NCBI GenBank assembly: GCA_963831705.1
Contig: CAWHRE010000010.1
Span: forward strand, 1,419,412-1,483,411
Origin: an uncultured Actinomycetota bacterium
GTDB taxonomy: Bacteria; Actinomycetota; Actinomycetes; Mycobacteriales; Micromonosporaceae
DNA: 64,000 bases
Direction: 5' to 3'
A model generated the notes under the pieces. The model was not told the DNA's origin and made no database searches. It saw nothing but the letters and a program-made list of their open reading frames with translations. The stretch's first letter is position 1; the number at the start of each line of letters is the position of its first letter. The position numbers and the translations under genes are program-made. Shown here one piece after another: positions 1 to 8,146 of the stretch.

Positions 1-420
1 GATCGGCTCGAGCACATCCTGCAGCCGTTCTCGGCCGGAGTCTGCGTACCGTTGTTCGCGTTCATGGCGGCCGGCGTACCGCTGTCGCCATCGTCTCTGC
101 GCAGCTTCGCGAGCGATCGAGTCGCGCTTGCCGTCGTCGCGGGCCTCGTCGTCGGTAAGACGATCGGCGCATTCGGCGGCAGCTGGATTGCGGTGAAGTC
201 GCGACTGGCGTCCCTACCGTCCGGCCTGGGTTGGCGAGACCTGTTCGCGGTCAGCGTGCTTACCGGCTGCGGATTCACGGTCAGTCTGTTGATCGCGGAG
301 TTGTCGTTCGGGAACGGTGCGGCGTCCGAACGAATCAAGATCGCAGTGCTGGCCGGTTCCTTGATCGCATCACTACTGGCCGCGACCCTGCTACACCGAC
401 GGGCCCGCGCGCATGGGTGA
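1..420 (+). CDS. nhaA: Na+/H+ antiporter NhaA, C-terminal part (5' end outside window)
   Basis: Frame 1 is open from base 1. The translation DRLEHILQPFSAGVCVPLFAFMAAGVPL...GFTVSLLIAELSF matches the conserved C-terminal helices of the NhaA family. Stop TGA at 418-420. Confidence 0.75.
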   Translation, partial: DRLEHILQPFSAGVCVPLFAFMAAGVPLSPSSLRSFASDRVALAVVAGLVVGKTIGAFGGSWIAVKSRLASLPSGLGWRDLFAVSVLTGCGFTVSLLIAELSFGNGAASERIKIAVLAGSLIASLLAATLLHRRARAHG

Positions 421-558
421 TCTCAGATCTAGGCGTGGGAGTGCTGGTGACGTGCGCCAGCCGTGCGGGTCACGTGATCTCAGATCTTGGCGTAGGAGCG
501 ACGGGAAAACGCCATGATCCCAGCACTGGACGACCATCCACGCCAAGATCTCCGATCA
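418..558. repeat. GATC-rich inverted-repeat element, family B copy 1 (84-bp unit 475-558 plus a duplicated left arm 418-439)
   Basis: Arms TGATCTCAGATCTTGGCG (475-492) and CGCCAAGATCTCCGATCA (541-558) are near reverse complements. The centre CGCCATGATCCCAGCACTGGAC matches the copies at 30722, 38488 and 50151. Bases 418-439 repeat the left arm with 2 mismatches. Confidence 0.8.
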
Positions 559-711
559 TGAGGCCGGGTGATGCGCCGACAGGTCCGGCCTTGGGCGCGG
601 ACCGGACGCGGACCGGGCTAGTTGCCGGAGGTGGCGGGCGTGGCGAAACGCCGATGAACCCCTGGCCAACTCTCGGATCAGCCGCGAGGCGAGGCGGGAT
701 ACGCTGGCGGC

Positions 712-1648
712 ATGACCGCACCCACCGCACCCGTCGATGAATCGTGCGTTCTCATCGACGGACCGTGGACGCACCGATTCGTCAGCGCCAACGGCAGCCG
801 GTTCCACGTCGTCGAGGCCGGCACCGGCCCGCTGGTGCTGTTCCTGCACGGCTTCCCGGAGTTCTGGTACGCGTGGCAGCAGCAGCTGCGCGCGGTGGCC
901 GACGCCGGATTCCGGGCGGTCGCGGTCGACATGCGCGGCTACGGCGCGACCGACAAGCCGCCGCGCGGGTACGACGGGTACACCATGGCCGCCGACGTCA
1001 CCGGGCTGATCCGGGCGCTCGGCGAGCGGTCGGCGATGCTCGTCGGTGCGGGCTACGGCGGCATGATGGCCTGGACGACCGCGGCCTTCCACCCGCAAAA
1101 TGGTGCGCAAGCTGATCGTCTGCGGCGCCGCGCACCCGCTGCGGCTGCGCTCGTCGCTGCTCGCCGACCCACGCGGACAGGCGGCTCGGCCGCGCCGGTG
1201 CTGCAAATTCCAGATCCCCCGCTACGAGCACGTGCTGACGCGGGACGACGCGGCGCTGGTCGGCCAGTTCCTGCGGCGACTGGGGCGGCCCGGCGTGGGT
1301 CGAGAGCGCCGGACTTCGCCGACTACGAGCGGCAATGCCGGACCGCGATGCAGATCCCGCAGGCGGCGTTCTGCGCGCTGGAGGCGTACCGGTGGGCGTT
1401 CCGCTCGGTGCTGCGCCTGCACGGATACCGCTTCGTGAAGCTGCTCCAGCAGCCGATCGTGACGCCGACGCTGCAACTGCACGGCGCGCTCGATCGTGCC
1501 GTCCTGCCGCGTACGGCGCAGGGCTCGAGCCGGTACGTCATCGCTCGCTACGAGTGGCGTCTGCTCGACGACGTCGGGCACTTTCCGCACGTCGAAGCGC
1601 CCGACCAGGTCACCGGCGCGATCCTGGAGTGGATCAAGAAGCCGCTAG
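712..1648 (+). pseudogene. alpha/beta hydrolase (epoxide hydrolase-like), reading frame broken about four times
   Basis: The N-terminus HVVEAGTGPLVLFLHGFPEFWYAWQQQL...MRGYGATDKP is typical of the family. Conserved sequence continues in frame 2 from about 1097 (MVRKLIVCGAAHPLRL..KFQIPRYEH), in frame 3 near 1275 (WGGPAWVES), and back in frame 1 near 1310 (PDFADYERQ...GHFPHVEAPDQV). A last +1 shift near 1640 reaches TAG at 1646-1648. The span is 937 nt = 3n+1, consistent with four extra bases. Confidence 0.7.
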
Positions 1649-2007
1649 ACGCGGTATTCGCGCAGGTCGGTGACCTCGTTGGCCGGTGCCCAGCCCTGGT
1701 ACACACCGAAGTCGAACTCTTCGAGCCCGAGCGTTGTCGCGACCGGTGCCTTGCCGCCGGTGTACTCGACCCGCAGCCACCCCTCGTGCTCGCCGAGCAC
1801 GATGAACGGCTCGCCGCGCCACACGCAGGTGGTCCGCACGTAGCAGAAGTCCTCGGCGGCATCGGCCGGCACGATCATCCGGTACCGGCGATCGTTGATC
1901 CGCGCGAAGCCGGTCACCGGCTCGGCCGAGTAGAGCCGGAACGTCTCGCCGTCCGGGCTGGCCTCGTAGACGACACCCTTGTACGTGGCCTGGTAACCGT
2001 CGCGCAT
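1645..2007 (-). CDS. hypothetical protein, 120 aa (ORF-Y), last gene of the ESX-linked minus-strand string
   Basis: Intact ORF with ATG start lying 5 nt after the ORF-X stop. I recognise no family. Sequence landmarks: ...CVWRGEPFIVLGEHEGWLRVEYTGGKAP... Confidence 0.55.
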   Translation of the reverse strand: MRDGYQATYKGVVYEASPDGETFRLYSAEPVTGFARINDRRYRMIVPADAAEDFCYVRTTCVWRGEPFIVLGEHEGWLRVEYTGGKAPVATTLGLEEFDFGVYQGWAPANEVTDLREYRV

Positions 2008-2013
2008 CAGCGT

Positions 2014-2699
2014 TCACCCACTCGTGAAGCGGACCAACTCGCGGACCCTCGGCCGGTCGGCTTTCCGCGCCAGCGTGGATCGAGCGGATCGTCAGCGGGA
2101 TCGAGCGGCAGGCGCGTTCTGACGGGTACGCCCGCGGGCGGTACCGGCTGCCACGCGCGCCGTGATGGGCGCGGGCGACGTTGCGCCGTACGGTGGCCGG
2201 CACCATCGGATCCCAGTCCGCTGTGATCCCGACGTCCAACGCCGAGCGCCAGATGCACTCGTCGGCGTCCAGCACCGCCACCAGCATCGGGTCGCCGGTG
2301 CTTGTCAGCCGCCACATCTGCGCGCCGTGCGGCAGCCGGATGCTGTCGACCTTGAACTCGGCGATGACGTCACCGCGCTCGGCCGGCGCGAATCCGTTGC
2401 CACGGAACGGCGCCCGCTCGATCATCCAGCCCTGCATCGCTCGCATGCCGGCTTCGTGCTGCCCGCCGTACGGGATGCGGTAGAGATCGCCGCGGTGCGC
2501 CGCCCAACGCAGCACGTACACGTCGGTCGCGTCGCGCTTGAACGGCGAGCCCGTGTACGACAGGCCCAGCGTCGAGTAGATCTGCTCAGGCGTGTGCAGG
2601 TGCGACGACCTCGCTGGCCCGGTGCACGAACCCGGACGCTCGGTCGTACCCGCGATCCAGGTAGTAGTCGACCTGCGACGGCGCGATCGGCTTCTGCAT
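2014..2699 (-). pseudogene. hypothetical protein of about 227 aa (ORF-X), frame broken twice
   Basis: ATG at 2699 opens a frame with about 89 percent GC at third codon positions for 37 codons (MQKPIAPSQVDYYLDRGYDRASGFVHRASEVV). Coding signal continues +1 from about 2597 (LHTPEQIYSTLGLSY...YRIPYGGQHEAGMRAMQGWMIERAPFRGNGF...) and +1 again near 2075, ending at TGA 2014-2016. The span is 686 nt = 3n+2. Confidence 0.45.
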
Positions 2700-2761
2700 G
2701 ATGATCGTGCTGGTCGACGGCGGCGGGGCGGGCGGCTCCGGTCTCGTCTACCTCGACCAGG

Positions 2762-4315
2762 TCATCGTCGGCCGGTCAGCCCGACGTCGGCGGCCCAGAC
2801 TGCGAGCGCCTTGATCTGGGTGCCGGGCAGCGTCGCTCCGACCGGCGTGCCCGGGTTGACGGCGAATGCCCAGTTCTCATCCGGCCAGACGCGGATCAGC
2901 TGCACGAACTTCGCGGTCACCGCGACCACGCCATCGCCCATGAACTCTGACATCCGCTCGGGCGACGTGAAGATCACCAGGTACGCCTGGCCGTCGACCA
3001 CCTCGCGGCGCCATGGGAACGCGGGATCGTCCGGCCGGACATCCGCCGATTCGCCGGTCGGGATCGGGATGAGCACCTTCGCGAGAAGTAGCGTCGACAG
3101 GAAGTTGTCGGTTTTCGCGCTGCTCGCGGCGGCCAGTAGGTTCGCTTCGACTTCGTTGGCCGGCGTGAAGCTCGGCTTCGCCGCGAGACCCGCGCGACTG
3201 GCGTCGGATGCTGCGGCCGCGTCCTTTGCCGCGGCGGCTCGACGGCGGGCACCTGCGGCCGCACCGGCCATCGGCGCCGTGGGTCCGCCGGGCTGTCCCG
3301 GACGGCCGACCACCTGCGTACGTTCGTCGACGTCCGACTCGACCACGGTGGCATCGATGACATCGACGTCCATTACGACGCTGCTCGTACGGCCCGGGCT
3401 GACCACGACGGTCGCATCGACGATGCGTGCTTCCATTGCGCTCGCACCCAGCACAGTCGACGAGATGATCTCGGCATCGATGATGCTGGCTTCATAACGG
3501 CGTACTCGCCGGGCGGGATCACGCATCGCGGTACGGCCGGCTCGTCGGGCGTTGGCGCCGGAAGAGGCCCCGGCGCCGGCCGGACCGGCGCCCGAGACGA
3601 CCTGGGTGTCCTCGACGTCGATCACATCGTCCGGCTCGATCGGCGTGCCGTGCGGCGTTCCGAATCGGGACGCGCCGGCCGGAGGCGCCTCGGCTACCGG
3701 CGTTGCCGCAGACGAGGCAAACCGCGGCGGCGTGGCCGCCGATGCGGCAAAGCGAGTCGTTCGGGCGCCATCAGACGGCGGTACGGATGACGGGAACGTT
3801 GACGTCGGCGCTTCGTCCGGACGCCCCAAACCGTCGATGGTCGAACGCGCGGTCGGCGACGGCTCGGACACCGGCGGTGGAGAATCGGGCGGATTCAGGC
3901 CCCGCCGAGGGCCGGACGAGCGGCCCGGGAGGCGAACGTCTCCCCGAGCGAGCTGGCCGACGAACCACGGCGGGAGGTAGCCCTCGATCGGCAGGCCGGG
4001 ATTGACGGCCAGCCACCATTCGTGATTCGGCCAGGTGTTCGCGAGCTCGTGGAAGGCGATCTTGCGAGCCGAACCAGCGTTCTCGGCCAAGCAGATCCGC
4101 ATCGCCTCGGCGGACGTGAACGACAACACATGCGTACGCCCGCCGGACGCCCACGTGCCCCAGCCCATCGCGGTCCGACCGGCCAGGGCGTCCGCCGAGA
4201 CCGGCAGCAACAATTCGGTTCGAGAGAGGATCCGGAAGTACAGCTCCTGGTCGGACGTCCGCAGTGCGTCGCGCATAGCGGCTTCGGCCTCGGTGGCCGG
4301 CTCCCACTCAGTCAC
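2762..4315 (-). CDS. SseB-like family protein with two SseB-type domains separated by a long low-complexity linker
   Basis: N-terminal domain: TEWEPATEAEAAMRDALRTSDQELYFRILSRTELLLPV...LSFTSAEAM...WWLAVNPGLP. C-terminal domain: NEVEANLLAAASS..FLSTLLLAKVLIPIP...LVIFTSPERM...WAFAVNPGTP. Both follow the SseB pattern. The GTG at 4315 is preferred over the track TTG at 4351 (AGAGAGG lies about 8 nt upstream). Confidence 0.55.
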   Translation of the reverse strand: MTEWEPATEAEAAMRDALRTSDQELYFRILSRTELLLPVSADALAGRTAMGWGTWASGGRTHVLSFTSAEAMRICLAENAGSARKIAFHELANTWPNHEWWLAVNPGLPIEGYLPPWFVGQLARGDVRLPGRSSGPRRGLNPPDSPPPVSEPSPTARSTIDGLGRPDEAPTSTFPSSVPPSDGARTTRFAASAATPPRFASSAATPVAEAPPAGASRFGTPHGTPIEPDDVIDVEDTQVVSGAGPAGAGASSGANARRAGRTAMRDPARRVRRYEASIIDAEIISSTVLGASAMEARIVDATVVVSPGRTSSVVMDVDVIDATVVESDVDERTQVVGRPGQPGGPTAPMAGAAAGARRRAAAAKDAAAASDASRAGLAAKPSFTPANEVEANLLAAASSAKTDNFLSTLLLAKVLIPIPTGESADVRPDDPAFPWRREVVDGQAYLVIFTSPERMSEFMGDGVVAVTAKFVQLIRVWPDENWAFAVNPGTPVGATLPGTQIKALAVWAADVGLTGRR

Positions 4316-4668
4316 GGCCCACCTCTCTCGTCCGCATCGATCCGCCCTCAAGCTACAAGTCGTCCGTACTTTACCGTCAGCCGCCGGTCGGTCACGATTT
4401 GAACGATCCAGCGTGCCGCCGGCGCCGCGATGGTGCGCGACTCGGCGTACCTCCCAGCGTAGGCGGCGATGCGGCCGATCTCGATGACCACGCCGAGCGC
4501 GCGACCCGCCAGTCGTACGCTACCCGCCGACGGTGAACTGTTGCGGATCTTGACATCTTCGCAGCTCAGACCACGAGGCAGGACATATACGGATGACCGG
4601 AGCGTCCAGACAACCCACGCATATCACCAATGTGCGCGCGACTTGTCTGGACACGGCCGGCACCGCAT

Positions 4669-4965
4669 TTAAGAAAATAGGTCGGCGTTCCTCCGCTCGG
4701 TCGCGAGGTAGTCGGCGGCCGATTCATCCACCGCGATCTTGATATCCCGCAGCATCCTGGCAAGATCTGCTGCGGCCGAACGCCATGTTGCCTGCCGGGC
4801 GTCGTACGCCGACCGCGCTTCACCGCTCCAGTGCGCGACGAGCGGTGCGGCGTCGCGCTCCAACTGATCCAACTGGCCCTCAAGCTCCCCGAGCGCGTGC
4901 GCGATGTCCGCACTCGCGGCGTCGAGTGCGGTGAAGTTGACGACCAGCACATCGTCGTTGATCAT
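4669..4965 (-). CDS. WXG100 family type VII secretion substrate (98 aa)
   Basis: Size of about 100 aa, W-x-G motif (HWSGEA) at mid-length, helical heptad composition, and a C-terminal YxxxD/E signal (DYLATE). It is paired with a second WXG100 gene 20 nt upstream. Confidence 0.85.
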   Translation of the reverse strand: MINDDVLVVNFTALDAASADIAHALGELEGQLDQLERDAAPLVAHWSGEARSAYDARQATWRSAAADLARMLRDIKIAVDESAADYLATERRNADLFS

Positions 4966-4984
4966 GAATCTCCTCCTTCGGTCG

Positions 4985-5302
4985 CTACAGCGGGAGCGTC
5001 AGGCCGCCGCCGGTGGGTGCCATCCGGGCAGCCGCGCCGGCATCGGTCGCGTCGTAGTGGGTGCCGGATCGCCGGATCGCCGCCGCGGTCTCGGCAAGCG
5101 TGCGGTGCAGCAGCTCCTGATCATGTGCCCATGCGGATTTGACCTGCTCGAAAGAGCGGCCACCCGCGCCCTGCCACTGCGTACGCAAGACGTCGAGCTC
5201 GGCCATGAGGCGCTTGAGCATCGCCTCCAACGAGAGATTGACCTGTTCGAAGCGGGCGGCGGTATGCGCCATCACATCGGCGTGCGCCTGTGTTGTTGCC
5301 AT
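4985..5302 (-). CDS. WXG100 family type VII secretion substrate (105 aa)
   Basis: Starts at MATTQAHADV with GGAGGTGA 8 nt upstream. Carries a W-x-G motif (QWQGAGG) and an HYDATD motif near the C-terminus. It is the first gene of the WXG100 pair. Confidence 0.85.
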   Translation of the reverse strand: MATTQAHADVMAHTAARFEQVNLSLEAMLKRLMAELDVLRTQWQGAGGRSFEQVKSAWAHDQELLHRTLAETAAAIRRSGTHYDATDAGAAARMAPTGGGLTLPL

Positions 5303-5449
5303 TTCTGGAATCTCACCTCCGGGAACGGTTGAACTCCTCCGATGAACCGCATGACCGTATCCACGCATCGACTAACATCGCTACCATTAGTTCGGAGCTG
5401 TGGATAACTCCCGGCATTGCGCGCATAAGGCCAGCCATACGTGGGACGA

Positions 5450-6649
5450 CTAGTCGGCGAGGGCCGCCTGCCGGCTCAGCGTCGGACCGGCGATCAATAC
5501 ACCGAGCACGCTCTTCGGCATGACCAGGACCGGCGCTCGGCCGTAGCCCAGGCTGTCCAGCGCCGCCTGGCCACCAGTGATCGGATAGTAGATTCCAGTG
5601 GCCGTGACCAGGTCGATCGTGGATGCTGCCGAGGCCGCCTTGATGAGCACGGCCGCGTTCGCGGGGAGCACGAAGACGGCCGTACCCGCACTCTCGACCG
5701 GATTGATCGTCGTGTGTGTCACCGTGCCGGACTGATCCAAGCTGATGCACAGCGTGGCCGGTAATGCGAGCCGGAGCGGCTTCGGTGGCCGCAACGTCAG
5801 TGCGGTCGGCGAGATCACCGCGCCGACCGGCAATGTCTCCAGGACATCGTCCGGCACCGCAGCGGCCACGACGCCGGCCCACTTGTATGCGCTGAACACC
5901 GCCGCCGGATTGGAGATGAGGTGGCGGGTGCGATTCCACACGAGATAGTCGGCGCCACGATTCGAAACGACGATCGAGCTGGTGTTGAGGCCGTCTCCAC
6001 CGGACAGCCCGATATAGCCGACCAAGCCGGTCGCGTCGACGCCGCCCGCCGCTGACGGGAACACGATCGACGCGGTGGGGCGGCGGGTCACCGAGCAGAT
6101 TGCGACGTCACCGCCGACCATCGTGGTCGCGGCCGGCAGCGCCGGAGCAGCCTTGATGCCGATCGCCGGACCGGGACTCGCCGCAAGGATCGTGGCGTGT
6201 GCCACGGTCACTCGATGAGGGGTTGGCGTGCCCAGGATCAGATCGGCTGACACGGCGTTCGCCGGCGGCCGCAGCCGACCGGCGACGTACACGTACGAGC
6301 GGCCGGTATCGGCGTCAACGACCAGCACGCCCGCGCGTTGCCACGCGGACGCAGCGGTCGACACCGGTTCCGGGGAGAGGGCAGGAGTCGGCGAGTCGCT
6401 CGTAACCGGCGCGGACGACATCAGCGACGGACTGGCAGAGGGATTCGCGGCGGCAGCCGACGCCGGTGCCCGATGGGCGGCCAGTAGCGCTGTCGCGGCA
6501 ACCACGGTCAGTACGAGTACCGCGACGACGACGCTCCCGCCGGTGGCGGCCCCGAACCGCCGCGGCGACTGCCTACCGCCCACGATCGCCGTCTCCGCTG
6601 ACCGCATCGCGGCACGTTGAATCAGTGCCCGATCCCGCCGGACCACCAC
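5450..6649 (-). CDS. eccB: type VII secretion system protein EccB
   Basis: Has a single N-terminal TM helix (SVVVAVLVLTVVAATALLAA). The segments SYVYVAGRLRPPANAVSADLILG...PAIGIKAAP and the C-terminal IYYPITGGQAALDSLGY...VLIAGPTLSRQAAL parallel the conserved EccB repeat and C-terminal blocks. Confidence 0.75.
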   Translation of the reverse strand: MVVRRDRALIQRAAMRSAETAIVGGRQSPRRFGAATGGSVVVAVLVLTVVAATALLAAHRAPASAAAANPSASPSLMSSAPVTSDSPTPALSPEPVSTAASAWQRAGVLVVDADTGRSYVYVAGRLRPPANAVSADLILGTPTPHRVTVAHATILAASPGPAIGIKAAPALPAATTMVGGDVAICSVTRRPTASIVFPSAAGGVDATGLVGYIGLSGGDGLNTSSIVVSNRGADYLVWNRTRHLISNPAAVFSAYKWAGVVAAAVPDDVLETLPVGAVISPTALTLRPPKPLRLALPATLCISLDQSGTVTHTTINPVESAGTAVFVLPANAAVLIKAASAASTIDLVTATGIYYPITGGQAALDSLGYGRAPVLVMPKSVLGVLIAGPTLSRQAALAD

Positions 6650-6768
6650 CGATCTTCACCCCGATCCGCTGCAGATCACCGCTGAGCCACCGACCGCAGG
6701 CGATTCACTCCCAGGAGCGTTTACCAGTGACAGCCGCCGATTTCCCGCCCTACGATAGCGGTTCATCG

Positions 6769-8127
6769 ATGACCCGGGGAGGCATGGACATGAGCGGAGC
6801 GCGACGGTACGTGCGGCGCCTTCTGCTCGTCGAACTCGCCGGAATCGCAGTGCTCCTGGCCGCATGGACGGATGCGATCGCCCTTCGGGTCGTGCTCGTC
6901 TGCATTGCGGCCGGATGCGTGGTGATCGCCTATGGCCGATGGCGGCACCGGCGTCTTGCCGCCTCCGCCGCGGTGTCTGCGCGTTGGCTGGTTCGCCGCC
7001 GCACACCGACGAGATCAACCGCGGCCGCCGGCGATGTCGTTTTCGACGCCGATGGGCTCGTCGGCGTGTTCTGCCTCGGCGATCCGGAAATGTTGGTGTC
7101 CTCGGCCGAGACACCACTACCCCGGCTGGACCGGTGGACGTCGCCGATCCGCGGCATCGGTCCGGAAATTCGGTTTCAGTTGGTCGTCCGCGCGACGCGG
7201 GGGTCGACAAACGCCTATCTCGCCGTTCGCGCGCGTCGACACGTCAACGGCGTCTCCTTCACGGATCCGGCGCTCCTCGCCGCGCTCGACACGGGGCTAC
7301 GACGGGCATCCCAGCGCCTGACGCGATCCGGCATCGGACACACCCGGATGGTCGGACCCGCGCTGGACGCCGCCACCGGCGCCGGCGAGGCGATCCGCGA
7401 GGCTTGGGACCACCTGAGCGTAGGTCCGATGCGGCAGATCACGGTGCGCACGTCGCACCGGGTCGCCCCAATGAATCAAGACCAATTGGTACGCCTTCTC
7501 GCGGCCCCAACCGCGGAGACCGTGATCGCATGGTCGGGCGCGGGTTCGGACGTGGTGATCCGGCTCGGAGCAACGTCCGAGCACCTGCTGACCGAGGCCG
7601 TCGCACACATCGCATCCATCGTGCCGGTGCGCCGGCTCGACGGCGAGCACACGGCCGGACGACGGATGACGCTACCGCTGGCGATCGGCCCTTACGACGC
7701 GTCGATCGCGCCCGGCGCCTCGTTGTCGCTCGCATCCGGCGGTGTGGTGATCGGCGACGATCGGAGTGGCCGCTCATTACGCATCCATGTGCGGGATGGA
7801 CTCCGCATCAGCGTCGTGGTCGTGGGCGGTGCCGCCGTCGCGGAAGCGTTGGCACACCAGGCGGCAGAGGTCCCGGTCGACGTCGAGACGTGGATGCATC
7901 CGCCGGACGCGGACACCCTGCGCTCGGCAGACGTCGTGGTCTGCGCACCGATGACGCCGGCCGATGCTCAGGCCGTTGCCGCGGCACTCGACCTGTCCGC
8001 AACGACGACCGCATGGCTGAGCCGGATCGAGCCGGACATGGTCGCGGTCATCGCGGACCGTATGGTGCGCTGGGCGCGACGGCCGGAGGTCGTGCCGGAT
8101 ATCGAGGGTCTGGTCGCGTTTGCGTGA
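6769..8127 (+). CDS. eccE: type VII secretion protein EccE-like membrane protein
   Basis: Divergent from eccB. Has two N-terminal TM helices (LLLVELAGIAVLLAAW, LRVVLVCIAAGCVVIAY) followed by GRWRHRRL...RWLVRRR and a later RRLDGEHTAGRRMTLPLA block, as in the EccE family. The start could also be 6784 or 6790. Confidence 0.55.
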   Translation: MTRGGMDMSGARRYVRRLLLVELAGIAVLLAAWTDAIALRVVLVCIAAGCVVIAYGRWRHRRLAASAAVSARWLVRRRTPTRSTAAAGDVVFDADGLVGVFCLGDPEMLVSSAETPLPRLDRWTSPIRGIGPEIRFQLVVRATRGSTNAYLAVRARRHVNGVSFTDPALLAALDTGLRRASQRLTRSGIGHTRMVGPALDAATGAGEAIREAWDHLSVGPMRQITVRTSHRVAPMNQDQLVRLLAAPTAETVIAWSGAGSDVVIRLGATSEHLLTEAVAHIASIVPVRRLDGEHTAGRRMTLPLAIGPYDASIAPGASLSLASGGVVIGDDRSGRSLRIHVRDGLRISVVVVGGAAVAEALAHQAAEVPVDVETWMHPPDADTLRSADVVVCAPMTPADAQAVAAALDLSATTTAWLSRIEPDMVAVIADRMVRWARRPEVVPDIEGLVAFA

Positions 8128-8146
8128 ACGTGAAAGGATTCCGCGC

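Noticed and set aside
418-558. GATC-rich repeats considered as a CRISPR array
   Set aside because: The copies are dispersed tens of kb apart, occur in both orientations, lack regularly spaced unique spacers, and no cas genes are present. The local 57-nt spaced duplication at 418/475 comprises only two units.
2014-2699. ORF-X considered as a TNT/NAD-glycohydrolase or ADP-ribosyltransferase toxin
   Set aside because: The diagnostic TNT blocks (DRFG...G.F.SP.GTP...RALPP and the WFGQPGGG-type motif) and the ART R/STS/ExE pattern are not present. Only gene order supports a toxin role, so the product is left as hypothetical.
5303-5449. Lower-GC spacer upstream of the WXG100 pair, with the weak palindrome GGAGTTATCCACAGCTCC
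   Set aside because: Only 5 of 6 arm positions pair and the sequence occurs once. That is insufficient to call an operator, and the spacer is probably just the esx promoter region.
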